A DNA stretch of 64,000 nucleotides from the NCBI GenBank assembly GCA_030141605.1, contig JAQGDQ010000355.1, positions 179,816 to 243,815 on the forward strand, read 5' to 3'. The translations under genes and the position numbers were made by a program. Under the pieces are notes generated by a model. It made no database searches. It was not told where the DNA came from and saw nothing but the letters and a program-made list of their open reading frames with translations. Positions 14,609 through 27,868 of this stretch are shown here, one piece after another. The DNA comes from Tubiluchus corallicola (taxonomy: Eukaryota; Animalia; Priapulida). Positions within the stretch are counted from its first letter, which is position 1. Each line of letters starts with the position of its first letter.

Positions 14609-15691
14609 GTAAGAGCAATGAAAAGCTGTCAACCAGGGACCGGAAGTTGGCGTAAGACCGGAAGTTACAAAGCACCAGTGTTCAGTTTTTAGGGATGATA
14701 AATGTGAACCTATTGTAAAGTTTTGCCAGGTTATTAGTTTAAAAATTCTGTTCAGGCTTCCAGATGTCACACTTTACGACTAGTTATAAGTAGGTAGCCG
14801 CGATGTGACCTTAGCAACCAAAGTTAAGCAATATTAGACCTGGTCAGTTGACTGACGGTGGGCTGATAAAAAACTGTTTTAATGTTTCGCCTGTTATAAT
14901 GCTACTGGTTATTAGCATTTTGAGGGCGGTTATGGGTGAATGAAAAGCAGTTAAGATACATCAGTCAGTAAATCAATAACTGAACGACAAAAATCAATAA
15001 TTGAACATGAAGTTATAAATGAAAAAGATGCAGTAGGTTACGCTGTTTTTCCCTACAAATAGAGGGAATGTATTTTGTAAATAGTTTTAAAAATAGAGAA
15101 TTATAATATAATAATAATAAATCAGTCAGTTCAGTGACTGAGCTTCGAAGATTATGCTTGATGATTACCTATATACCGGTCCCGCTACAGTCGTCTTTCT
15201 TTGCCGATTTTATTTGTAAATTGCCGAATTAGATGACAAATTGAAAACAACTGATTTTGCACTGAGTGAATGCGGTTTTCTCTTCTATGGCGGCCATTTT
15301 GAAAAAAAACTTGTCATGGTTTGACAAGGGGTACTGTACGTCCGTCCCCCAGCTCCTAGTTTGGAAGCTTCATAGCGAAATCCAGAAAAAAAATGGATTG
15401 TTGAGGATTGTTACTAACCCACACATCACATAGTCTTAGGTTACTTAAGTGATCCAGCACTTACGTTGTTTAAACATTATAAAGTAAGGCCATGAGACAA
15501 TCCAAACCAGAGAATTACTTCAGCTTTACTCTGCGTTTACTTAGCATTTAGTGTGTGCAACTGGTCACTTTGTGACGTATCACGTGTCCATTCCAGTGTG
15601 CGTATCACTTATCCACTCCAGCAAACGTATCACGTGTGCAGCTAAGGCAATTACTTTGGAGTAATATAACATTTGCCTATCTATTTTTTAG

Positions 15692-16445
15692 GACATCGAT
15701 TTTGTGATTGAGAGAGAAACTGCTGAACAAACAGAAATTGATGTGGAACAACCATCTGCAAACGCAGAAGCATCTAGTGACAGTATGTCTTCTCAACAAA
15801 AATCAATAATGGAACATGACGTTACGCATGAAAAAGATGCAGTAGGTGATGCTGTTGATATCTACAGTGTGGACAAACAAAAACAGACTCCTGTGCCAGA
15901 TTACGATGATGAGCAAATTCTGGATTTAGGTGTGAACATAACCGATTTAGGTGCTCATAATATTAGTGATGAGAAAATAGCAGATTATGATAGTAACTAC
16001 ACAAATGGATATAGTGAAGTGATCGATAGTGGAGAACCCAGTCCGCTACTTCAAATGCAACTGGAGAAGTTTGAGAATGAAGAGGAAAATATCCCATATG
16101 GAACAGATGTAGATGAAGCCTTGTCTCTAGAAGAAGGGAAGCACATGCTGCTAAAAGATGAAAGATCAGTTTCGCCTCCATTGGAAGCCATTTATTCTGA
16201 CAGCTCTTCAGATTCTGAAAGTAGTTCATCGTCATCTTCATCATCGTCAACAGAGTCAGAGACAGATTCAGCTTCTGAGGAAGATGTAGAGGGCGTTGAG
16301 TCGCCCATTAATGCCGAGGAGCTGGCTGTTCAGTATTCTCCTTATTACGAGAAAAAAGTGAAGACAGGAGAGGTTTATCCTATAGAAGAGGAAGAGGAGG
16401 AGACGGAACTTTCAAATGTGCAAGCGCAGCCTGTGTCTTTGAAAG
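15692..16445 (+). CDS. PCLO: Piccolo-like exon: acidic/Ser-rich region
   Basis: ttttttag acceptor, G|gttaat donor, open 248-aa ORF. Phase 0/1 fits both neighbours. Confidence 0.8.
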
Positions 16446-16519
16446 GTTAATATAATTGTTCATTTGTTTTTTCTCATTTGTATTTATTTGTTTGTGCTAC
16501 TGCTCATTTGTTGATCAAC

Positions 16520-17860
16520 TTTCTGACTAACTGGACTGACCAATCGACCAAATGACTGACAAGTGACTGACTGACTGACTGACTGATTGACTAACTAACT
16601 GGACCGACCGATCGACTGATTCAATGACTGACTGACTGACTGACTGACTGACTGACTGACTGACTGACTGACTGACTGACTGACTGACTGACTGACTGAC
16701 TGACTGACTGACTGACGGACTGATTCACTGACTATCTCTCACACTCAGTGAGTGATTGCCTAACCATTCAAGAGTATTGATAAATAAGAAACTGCTTGAT
16801 TTTACAGTTACGTCTGGCTTACATTTTAACTTTTTGACAGTCTCAGCTGACTAGCTTACTGGATGGCTAACTGATTACCTGTCTGCATGCCTGACTGACT
16901 GAATGACTGACGATTTAATAAATGAACGAGAGAGTGAACGAATGAACGAACAGATCAATGAATGAATGAATGAGTGAATGAATGAATGAATGAATGAATG
17001 AATGAATGAATGAATGAATGAATGAATGAATGAATGAATGAATGAATGAATGAATGAATGAATGAATGAATGGACGAATTAACAAACAAACGAATGAACG
17101 AACTAGTAACTAACCCATCAAGTGAATTAGGAGTGCAACTAACTGGCTGACTGACTGACTAGTTTATGAAATTTAGTAAGAAGACAAAGTTGTTGATAAA
17201 TGAATAACAAAAAAGCAAACCAAAAAGTAAATGAACGAATCAGCTATTTATGAAAACGTAAGTTATTGCAAGTAACATTCACACAGGCAGGTTCTTATAG
17301 AGCACATCCCAAGAGAACCCACCTCTAAGCAAAGAACAACCATATTTCATGTTTGCCTCATTGCACATTTGGCGAATAGTAGCTTTCTTATTATTGTGAG
17401 ATACATGAATACATTCGATTACTGAATAATTTATTAGTCCGCTAATGAAACTACCGCTGTGAAAGATGCTATGAACAGAACCACGACCTTTAATACCAAG
17501 ACATTACAGTTATTTTACCTTTCAATCATTCATTCATTCATTCATTCATTCATCCATTCACTCTCTTATTCATTTATTATGTCTTCAGTCATTCTGTCAG
17601 TCGCTGCCAGCCAGTGAGGTAATTAGTCAGGCATGCAGACATGTACCAGTTAGCGACCTAGTAAGCTAGTCAGCTGAGTCTGTCAAACACTCAAAATGTA
17701 AGTCAGAGGTAATTATACAATCTATGTAGAAACTCCATGTAACTATATAGAAACTAGTTCCTTATTTATCAATTATGTTGAAAGGTTAGGCAACCACTCA
17801 ATGAGCGAGGGAGTCAATCAGTTTATGATTCAGTCTATTAGTCAGTCAGTCAGTTAGCAT
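16520..17860. repeat. (GACT)n/(GAAT)n microsatellite complex with inverted arms
   Basis: About 16700-17000 is the reverse complement of about 17525-17857 (ctcagctgactagcttact / agtaagctagtcagctgag). Confidence 0.8.
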
Positions 17861-18049
17861 GTGATTCGATTGATATCTCCTCTAAGTCCTTTCATAGTTC
17901 TGGGTTTATCTTTGCCAATTTGTCAGTACCGGTTTCTAAAGTGACCATTTGTTCAATGTAGATGTGTGAAATGCTCATACACTGCTTTCATTATAATAGC
18001 TAATTAGGCGTCACACTGGGCAAGCGCCAATAATCCAAGTTTCCATACG

Positions 18050-18810
18050 TCTAAATGCAATCAAATGAGTGTGAATTTCATCTCTAAACCTCCTGATATT
18101 CCAGCTCTTACCGTCTCTAATTTGAAGGTAAAAAGAGTTGATTCAGTTAAACATTTAGGTGCACAAATAGCTAAAGATTTAATATGAAACATCCACGTCC
18201 ATTCAGTTTATGCTAAAGCAAGTAAAAGAACCTATCTTTTGCATCTAATGAAAAGAGCTGGGGCATCTCCTAATGATATGATAAAAATGTACTGAACCGT
18301 GATTAGGTCAGTTGTTGAATATGCTTGTCTGATATGGCACTCATTTCTCTCCCAAAATCTCTCTGATTTATTAGAAACTGTTCAAAAATGATCATTGAAA
18401 ATAATTTTTCTAAATGAAAACTATGAAAATGCTCTAATTTTGGCTAATCTTCAACCTTTATTTAACCGCGGAGAAAATTCTTGCAAAAAGTTGCTCTTAT
18501 CAATTCAAAATCCTTATAATAAAATCCACACTCTATTCCCAGATGCGCGTATTCATAGATATAGTACTCGCCACCATCTGAAATACCCCTTTACCTAGAT
18601 GCAGAACGAGAGATTCAAGAATAGTTTTGCCTTATTTAATTTTCAAATTTATGTTTTGAGTCATTTTAATTTATTTCGTGCGTGTATCTTGCAACCGTGT
18701 AATAGTGTTTTTCACTGTATTTGATTAGTTTTTTAAAAAAATTTAAATTTTGTAATTTTATGCTGTACTGTAATTTAATCTTTTGGTTATCATAATTATA
18801 AATAAACTTA
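18050..18810 (+). pseudogene. Decayed L2/CR1-group LINE reverse transcriptase 3' fragment
   Basis: Reads KRVDSVKHLG..AKASKRTYLL..IRSVVEYACLIWH..LETVQK with stops, ..RFKNSF, then an aataaa-rich end. Confidence 0.8.
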
Positions 18811-18865
18811 TTATCGCAAGAAAAACATTAAAAATAATTATACTAAATTGTCTCTTCTTCCTCAG

Positions 18866-20904
18866 GTGTTGGCTTCATGAGTCCTCTGCATCAGAAGAAC
18901 TTGCAGAAACACATAAGCATCATAGAAGAAAAGATGAAATTGCAGCAAAAACTGGAAGAGGAGCGCAACAGGGCAGCTGAAGAGAGGATACAGGATGCGT
19001 TTAATCTCCGCAAGTGGCGTGGTAGTAGTTTGGAAGATCACATGGACGATATCGAAAAATTAACGATCGAGGAAGCCGAAACTGATCAATGTATAATTAT
19101 TGAAAATAACGGCAAAACTGATGGTCCTGATGCTGAAGCGGGAAAAAGTAGCAGCGCGATGGCACCAATAGACTCAGAAATGAACATTTTAGATGTTAAT
19201 CAAACGTTTAAAGCTGCAGATGAGAAAAAAAGTGACACCAAGAACACGGTTGCTAATAGTACTGCCCTAGAAAATTTTCCACTTGACTTTAAAGAATTTG
19301 ATGAAGCTGATGAAAAACTTGATAATGACGTTAATGCACGTGACGAAAATGATACAATAAGGGCTAAAGATCTATTAGTTGAAGAGTTAAATGAAAGTCA
19401 GCTAGAAGAATCATCGGCATCTGATGATCAAAATGCCGAAGTGGAGCAGCTGTTTTTCCCACATCCAAACAATTCCAGCGTCCCTCAAAGCAAAGTGCCT
19501 TCAGCAAAGTCCAAGGATTACCACATATCACCAAGCAGCTCACCACTTCTAGCTACCTCTCCCTCAAGCTCACATTCACCGAAGTCACCAAGACGCATAC
19601 ACGATCCCATGTATGGCTCGTTCGACGAGGACAGCCTTTACGAACTTCATGAAAGAGCTAGTCCAGCCAAGTCTGACAGCCCCGTGCTAAGATACAGAGA
19701 CACCTGGACTGTGAGAGAAAAGCAACATGGTCCATCACCTGCTAGTCCAAAGGACAAGCGATTCTTTACATCAGCGTACACTGACATTTCTCCGCCATCA
19801 AGGCCACTGTCACGCGAAGACTTATACGGTGATGAAATGATTGACTTCGACAGCAGAAGAAGCAGTAGTGAATCGACTCCATCTGTTAAACCCAGCCCCA
19901 CATCACCAGATGAGATGAAAACTGGGATGATCGTTACCGTTACTGGTGCCAGAACGTATTTGGAGAAGCCGGAAAAACGGGCAGATGAGGTCAATTCAGC
20001 AAACGAAAAATCTGAATTGACACAGCAAGTGCCAGAATGTGAAGAAAAGGAAGCTTCAAGCGAAGACGTCGAGATGGAACCTTTTGCTACGTCCCCTGAA
20101 GCAGCTACAATCTCAAATATTCTTGTCATGGCTGGTGTCACAACAGAAGCATCCTCATCTCAAAAGACAGCCCAAACTTCCACGGATCTAAAGCCATTAG
20201 ACATAACAAAGAAACAGCACCGGTCTTCTTCATTGCCTTCCGCATGGTCACCCATTATTGACTTGTCTCCTATCATAGACGTTTCCCCTTCAGTCGAAAT
20301 AGAAGAGGAAAAACAAATGTTGAGGGAGCAGAAAATTACAGGTGGGAGTTTAAGTGCACGCCCAGACAGCAATATAAACAGGCCAAGGAAATCACTGCCA
20401 ACTCCCAATATCCACATTAACAAGAAACTTCCTCGTCCGGCACCTGAGATTGCTCCTAGAAAAGTGACATCTTTTTCTGTCGACGTTTCTGCAGTAATGC
20501 CAAAAAAGATTCACCGCAAATTACCACAACCAGTGACAGAAGCTCCCACAAAAACGAGAAGGAAGCTCCCTGTTCGGCAATCTTCTGACCCAACGGTCGG
20601 AACGAGGGACATTTTAGATTTAACTAGAGAAGAAGGGAGATCTTCAGTAAGCAGTAAACCTAGTCGAATGAATGAGAATGATGAAAATGACGTGCACAGT
20701 GATCTGGTGGCCTACCAGGTGCTTGAGTCCCCTGTGACTCCAGTCCAGAGGTCCTCGCTCAGATCTTATTATGACAGCAAGCCGTTGAGTCCTTCCTCTT
20801 CACCCGACGAATACGCCATCAAGGACACTAGAGAAGGTGGTGGGTCACCTCCTGCTCCTCTTTCACCTTCTGCCACTCCACCTAATGTGTGCTTCACTGA
20901 AAAA
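18866..20904 (+). CDS. PCLO: Piccolo-like large exon: coiled coil, SP-rich region, RKLP motifs
   Basis: cttcctcag acceptor, AAA|gtaagt donor, within the 738-aa ORF. Phase 1/0. Confidence 0.85.
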
Positions 20905-21025
20905 GTAAGTGTTTTTCCAGTATGTAATTCATTTACCTATATGTGGCATATATTAAGTTTATATTGTAAGCTGCTACAGGATTATATAAGCATAGAAAAT
21001 AGCTTGAAAGGTAGTTTATTAATAT

Positions 21026-21304
21026 TAGGGCTGGATTATGACCCTGATCTAATAAAATTATGGGGGCCCTCAACAGGTGCTAGCCACAAATAAAGGCCTT
21101 TTTAAAATTGTGTTTTCTGACTCCTTCAAAGTAGAACATTTATTTTAAGTTAAATGAATTATTCAGCAGTGCAATAATTAAAATGTTATACTTACTTTTC
21201 TAAAAAATTATATTCTTTTAGCAGGGCTCCTCGAGCTTTGGGCCCTTCAAGCTGAAGGGGCCCTAGCTGCAGCCTATGTTAGCCTACAGGGTAATCCAAC
21301 CCTA
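21026..21304. mobile_element. hAT-like MITE
   Basis: TIRs TAGGGCTGGATTA / TAATCCAACCCTA. 8-bp flanks attaatat / tttattat. Confidence 0.6.
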
Positions 21305-21884
21305 TTTATTATGTCTCCTATAAAATTTAATGTTTAATATTTTTTAGTATTGTTGTCCCTGTTTGTCAAAAGCTGTTTGATTAAAATACTAAAGCTACAG
21401 GCACAGGTACTAGAGTTTGGACGAACTGTTTGACACTGAGTCTTCTAATTATAATTCATTTTGCAGGCCCACTGAAAGGACGGTCAGCCGCGGCTGTGCC
21501 CGGGGGGGGGTCATGAGTTGAGGGTCCCACAAGCCAAACGAGCAGAAAAACGAGGGTGTACCTTGAGCAAGGCCAACAATATAAAATTTGCCTTGCAAAC
21601 CAAAACCATCCATAAGTCGGCATAGTTAAAACTACATGTTATTCTGCTTTAAAGTAAAACGCATCAAAAATTCTGTCAAATGTCATTTTTATAAAAAACA
21701 AACGTTACATATATTGGACTTTTATATTCTTAAAATGTTCAAACTCGTTTTTAAAATGTTCAAAAAATACCAAAAATTAATTTTATAACCCCTTACCTAC
21801 TTCTCTGCATCAAACTAGAATTGGAGGAGGCGACCAAGTTTCTTTTTGCCCTTGGGTCCAAAAATTCTCTTGAGGCCCTGAAAA

Positions 21885-22072
21885 TTTGTATATAGTTGCA
21901 TATATCAATAATGTGCAAATGTATTTTCGTGTATCAGTTGAGTTTCGTTTCTTTGTTGGAAAAAGGCATATATTGACATCCCTCGTGTCAGCCGCCATCT
22001 TTGCTTTTCGTTGTATCGTAACAAGCGCGTAACGCGATGCCATAAATAGCTTTCTAAAAGGAGCTGTAATAG

Positions 22073-22103
<31 letters not shown>

Positions 22104-22110
22104 AATGATG

Positions 22111-22142
<32 letters not shown>

Positions 22143-23005
22143 CTTTATTTGAAGTGGGCTTTGGATTAACAAATAACATAGGCTCAATTGTTTCTTTCGC
22201 CAACTGTAAATAACGAATCTACCTCTGTATAACAGAGACTATTATTACCCTACTTTCACACGAAATACCACTCGCCAGGCAGTGCAACAGCAAGTACCAT
22301 CTTTAAACTCTTTGATAAAGTATTTTAGACATGTGAGTCGTTTTGTAACTATGTTACTACCCAGTAGTCAGAAAAGTTTTTTCCCAGTAATTCCAGAGTA
22401 TTAATTTCGCGCCCGTTAAAAATGGCAGTTAATCATTCCCCTCATCCCCCCCCCCCTCCCTCACGACGTAAGAATGCTTTGTCACCGATAATAGATATCG
22501 ACATTAATTGTAACCAGGCATTCTATCGCCTTCAAGTCTGCAGCATGTCATGAATAATTTACGGGCTGCAGGTAACTAGCATAGTTCCATTATCGTTTCA
22601 ACTAATCCAGTCTTCAACTATGCTGCAACGAACTCGCTTTGGAATCGGAACCCAGTCGTTTGATGTGCGTGTAGTTTTTTGTCAGCGTTCGAATGGCATA
22701 AGAAAATCAAACGCGACACTAGTCTTTTGTCTTTTTGTTACTTTATGAGAGTCATTCTAAAATTTGTGTAATAAAAGGTTCTGGATACGAACCGACTTAC
22801 TGAGTGAAAACATCACGACTCATACCTTCTTTGAGAAACCACTGATGTCATCGCGTTACGTGCCAAACGGGTGCTAGGTATCACACGACTACAAAAACCA
22901 AGATGGCTGACACAAAGGGTGTTGATTTATGCATTTTGCAAAAAAACGTTTGTACTAAAATTCATTAGTACACTATTAATTCATTATGCAAGTATATACA
23001 CATAT
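21885..23005. repeat. Inverted repeat pair (~160-bp arms) around a (GAT)/(AAT) tract
   Basis: gtgtcagccgccatctttg...cgtaacgcgatg (21985-22040) versus catcgcgttacg...caagatggctgacac (22849-22912). Confidence 0.65.
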
Positions 23006-23324
23006 ATTTGAACTGTTATTGGATGTGCTTGGCTTCGTTTGCAGTGCTTGGCTTCGTTTGCATCTAATGACTAAAATTTACCTTTTCATGTCGTTCTTCT
23101 AAGTTTTAATTTGTTCAACATCAGCAGACATTTTTACTATAATGCACTATTGTCTGATCTTGGCTACAGCTGTCTCTCTGCTTTGTCCTCTGCTATCGCG
23201 GCCATTACTATGTGCCACATATTTTCAATTTAAGACTGCTAAATTGGTGTAGTGTTGTTTATACTGTGACAGATTTCGTAGAAACCATTGTAACATTAAG
23301 AAAATTTTGTCAAAGCATTGAAAC

Positions 23325-23682
23325 CACATAATACAAAACTGTGCTGTTTAGTAACTAGTGACAGCACACAATACACAACTGCACTGTATAGTAACTAGTG
23401 AAAGCACATAATACAAAACTGCACTGTTTAGTAACTAGTGAAAGCACATAAAATAAAACTGTGCTGTTTAGTAACTAGTGATATAACATAATACAAAACT
23501 GTGCTGCTTAGTAACTAGTGACAGAACATAATATAAAACTGTGCTGTTTAGTAACTAGTGATAGCACATAATATAAAACTGTGCTGTTTAGTAAGTAGTG
23601 ATAGCACATAATACGAAACTGTGCTGTTTAGTGACTAGTAATAGCACATAATATAAAACTGTGCTGTTTAGTAACTAGTGAC
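23325..23682. repeat. 40-bp minisatellite, about 9 copies
   Basis: Unit aactgtgctgtttagtaactagtgatagcacataatataa, period 40. Confidence 0.92.
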
Positions 23683-23743
23683 ATGAGTTACACGAGTGAG
23701 TTGAAACGAAATGCCAAAGCTGATAATTAACTTGTACTTGCAG

Positions 23744-26072
23744 AAAAGTACAAATCTTGATGACCAAAGGATAGACAGCGACTCTTCAAAATCTTCCAGC
23801 AAAACTCGACGAAAGTTGCCGACGATTCCGCAAAACACCGAACCCGTGCAGCCTTCCAGAAAAGGAGACCGAGATTTACCAGAAAAGAAATCTGCTAAGG
23901 ACGAGAACGACAAAAACCGTCGCATTTTGGATAAGGAAGAAACTAAACAAGAAAAGGTAAAATCTAAAGAGAAAGTAAACAAAACAACGCATCAAGATGG
24001 AGACGGTATACACAATGGAATGTCACCCAGCAAATTTCCAATGAAAGAACGTCACAAAGAGTTTACACAACAAGGTATAACTAGAGAATATCAAGAAAGA
24101 ATTAAAACTGAACAAACAACTACAAGACCTGATACTACAGAGCAACGATTGAAAGAACACAAAGGAACACAAGGAGTATATGCACCAATACCTGACTGGT
24201 TTAAAACACTAAAGCAACAGTTAAAAGACGAATTAAAGGTTGCAGTTGCTAAGAGACAGATGAGGCTAGACGAAATGCAAGCTCAGCTTGAAATGGAACA
24301 AATGATGAATAGATTCCGTGAAAGTCATCATGAAGCTGCACTCAGGGAATCTGGTAAAATATCACAAGACAATATGGCAATGACCATGAAGCAATTCCTT
24401 GAAGAAAAGCAGCAACGATATGACATTCACGGAAAAATATCTTCGCCAACAGCACCCCTAACAGCATCCGTAGCACCAACAGCAACAACAATGAGAATGC
24501 AAGCACCAACAAAACCCCAAGTGCCAAACCGATTGTCGCCCCAAACATCTCCAAGACGCACAAGGCACCGGCGACAAGGGTCTGACCCAAAAGTTATGTC
24601 AAAATTTTCGCCCATCAAGGAAGACAAAAAGATGGAGCAAGAACTGCAAGCAATTGAGATGACAACAGGAGTTTTGAGTGCAAAATTAGCAGCACACTCA
24701 CTCAAATTTCATGAGATGGGAAGATATCGATCAGATCCAACATTGCATTACTCTGCCACAAGAGACAAAGTATCACAGGGATTTATAACAAGTAAAGACA
24801 ACAGAAATAAATCCAGTTCAACTTCAGTGCCAAGAACTCAACCTTTTTACATGTCCAAAGGACTAGATGAACAAGAAATGTATGAAGAAATGCTCACACA
24901 GTTAAAGCAGCACGAACAGGAGATTGCTAGCCTTGAAATTCCACCTAGGCCTAGTTGTCCTACTTTGGATCAAGTCAGAGAAAACTTGGATAGATCTGAG
25001 GCGAGTTTGCAACAACTTCTAAAGAGCATTGAATCTTCTCCATATAACAGTGAATACTCCGACTTTGATGAGGATGAAAGGGTTGAGCGAGAAAAGAAGA
25101 AAACTCGCATCAAGGCAGAAATAGAGAAGCGGAAACGACATATTGAGGAAGAAGCCAGGCTTCATGAAGAGCTTTCTCGATATGAAGAACTCATGGCTTC
25201 AAGTTTCCTTGATGCTCCCTCTCATGTCAGACCTCGGAGTCAGCCCTTGCCATCACTTAGTCCTAACATTGTGGAAACTCCTCGATCCAGCTACACCCCC
25301 ACACCTCAAGAATCACATCTTCTCCTTCCTCCATTTGCTCAATCGTTGCAGTCACCTCGCTCTTTAGGATCACTTACCGGCAACAAGTTCTCTGAATTCT
25401 CGCTGTGGAATACTCCACCTCAACCAAAGCAACAGCCACACCTTCGCTCCAGGAGCTCCACAACCCTTCCCGATCCCCAATATACATTTATGAGCATTGC
25501 TCGCCCGACCGAGAAACGACCTACAGGAATCATCAAACCTCTTGAAGAACCATCACCACTAAGATACCCGGAAGACTACACTAACATGGAATATGCCATG
25601 TATAAAGAGTATCGAGATCAAATAGATAGGGCTAAAAGAAAGCACTATATTTCCACGTATGACTACATTCCGTCTGCTTCATATACAGACATCAGTCAGT
25701 ACAGAGGAACCAGTGGTCTTGACACTCAACAGTACTGTTCCCATCCAGCCATTCCAACATCTGATTTTTCCTTTCCACGCCCCGGAGGGCAGGAATTGCA
25801 TCATTATTCAAGGGAGGTGCCAATGGGTCTGCAATATTCAAGAGAAACCATCGCTGGAATGCCCTATTCTCGTGAAAGTGGATACTCGAGTATTACATAT
25901 GACAACACAGGAGATTACTCACCAATAGTTACAGATGTTGAACTAAGCCCAATGAGTGATAAGACACCAGCGATGCCCTTACTGGGAGACTTTACTTCTA
26001 AATCTAGGAAAAGACTGGAAGATCTGACAGGCAGTGGGCCTTTGTTCCCAGATGTAAATAACGAATCAAATG
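23744..26072 (+). CDS. PCLO: Piccolo-like large exon: coiled coils, Ser/Pro/Tyr-rich region
   Basis: cttgcag acceptor, G|gtacgt donor, within the 800-aa ORF. Phase 0/1. Confidence 0.85.
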
Positions 26073-26407
26073 GTACGTTTGCCTTTTGCTCATCTTCTCT
26101 TTTAATAGATTAAAAAAGAACCAATTTACTAAAATAATGAACTGTCATTTATTTCGGCCATTTTATCCACTGTAGACGTCACAGTGAAATTGGATTTGTT
26201 ATAATAAGATAGATAGTTTTCTCAGTTCAACAATCAATTGCATGTTTATTTTGTTCGCACAAGCCTGTTGGATTAAAACTGTAATTTAATAAATAAATTT
26301 AAGCAATTCATTCATTGAGTTGTTTATAAAATTAAGTGCCTAATTAAAAGTCATTATGATTGTTCTTAAAATGCTGCTTATATAAAATGTAACAACATTT
26401 GCTATAG

Positions 26408-26511
26408 AATTATTAGATAATCGATATTGGGGTGACAGCATGGAAAACAGCTCGCATGGTTCAGTTGATCCAGTGGTGGACTCAAATGCGAAAGAATACC
26501 ACCATAGTAAG
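26408..26511 (+). CDS. PCLO: Piccolo-like small linker exon
   Basis: gctatag acceptor (in-frame alternative AG at 26416), AAG|gtaaag donor. Open frame ELLDNRYWGDSMENSSHGSVDPVVDSNAKEYHHSK. Provides the phase 1 to phase 0 bridge the model needs. Confidence 0.6.
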
Positions 26512-27120
26512 GTAAAGAAACATCGTATAATGATAGATAAAAGATTTGATGTAAATCATGTATTTTTTTCCAGTACGTGGTGCCAATGTTGCCTATTAAT
26601 CCAGCACCTTTGTTAACTAATGACAGCACAAATGGTTGGTTTAAAGTGTTTATTATAACAACATTTTACATATAATCCAAGTTGTCTGGACTGTTGATAA
26701 AGTGTTAAAAAGTAACAGTGAAATTACAGTAATAACGTTTGTCTCAGTTGTGACATTACAAGTAACTGAAAACAAAGCAGACAAAATCGCACGAGAAAAA
26801 CTACAAATCGCAAGCATAATCACAAACAAAGCACAGAAAAAAATCACAGTCACAAGAGAAAAAGCACAAAGTGTTACTAATGGCATAAAGATAGTAACAT
26901 CGGCAAGGCAGCAGCATATAGGGCCACCTGAGTACATTTACCTAACAACAGACTCTTTAAATGGCTTTTAGACAAACTGTTTGTGGTGTGTTAAGCTGAA
27001 AAGACAGAAAAAGAAGCTACTTATTCATTCATAGCAAAAAGTGCATTTAAATTGTTACATTAGCAATGTCTTTGTTTCTTCCTAGATAAATAAAGTCAGT
27101 ACATGTATGTTTTGTTGTAG

Positions 27121-27205
27121 GCACCTCCTCAAACTCCAAGCAATACCATGGTTCCTATCAAAAGGCTCCTTCTCACTAGGGACCCCAAGGACAGACTCAT
27201 CAGCG
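27121..27205 (+). CDS. PCLO: Piccolo-like exon: start of PDZ
   Basis: ttgtag acceptor, G|gtaagt donor. APPQTPSNTMVPIKRLLLTRDPKDRLISG resembles the recalled Piccolo pre-GLG segment (RIKITRDSKDHTVSG). Confidence 0.85.
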
Positions 27206-27547
27206 GTAAGTTTATGAAGGTGGCTTTCAGACAGTCATTTATTTCAGCAAAGATCAATAGTTTTTGAAAATGGCCTTTCGTGTGTTTGGTTTAATAGCTT
27301 TTTAAAGCTGATTAAAGTTTTTATAATTACATCTGGGTTTTGGTGTTTGTCATCCAAACAAGTAAGAAAAACTAAATTTGATAAATGACGTTGTTTAGCA
27401 AATAAATGATGAAAGCAGCCAGACGATCCAACCATCTATTAATTCCGCATGAATGAGAATCTACTAACGAAGGAAAAAACGAAGTGATAAAATTTACGAA
27501 TCACTGAACAAAGTAATGTTTATTTTGCTGATGGGAAAAACGAATTC

Positions 27548-27868
27548 TTAAATGAAAATAACAGCTAGGGTCCAATTAAGCAAAGACGTGGCTTTCATTC
27601 AGACACAAAATCTGCATCGTTTCGACCAGTTAAGGAAAGACTTGGATAGACAGTAAAGTAAAGTCATTTTGGTTTCGTATCACACGATATGTAAGTTTAC
27701 AATTTAATGTTTGTCTTGTTTCCTTCTCACAATATTCATTGTATTTTTATTTAGGAGAATTGTTGTGTGAACTTGACCATAACTGGTCGAAACGTTGCAC
27801 ACGTTTGTGTCTGAATAAAAGCAACGTCTTTGCTTAATTGGGTGCTGGTTGTTATTTTTATTTTAATG
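27548..27868. mobile_element. Penelope-like inverted terminal (pLTR) remnant pair
   Basis: ~85-bp inverted arms carrying GACCA-TAAC-TGGTC-GAAACGTT ... AATAAA. Confidence 0.5.

Noticed and set aside
19364-20423. Antisense ORFs over the large exons (also 24342-24705, 47374-48415, 56725-57253)
   Set aside because: Shadows of the + strand coding sequence with no independent motifs.
20905-21093. C-terminal extension of the 738-aa ORF
   Set aside because: Lies past a strong gtaagt donor and runs into a hAT-like MITE, so it is intron read-through.
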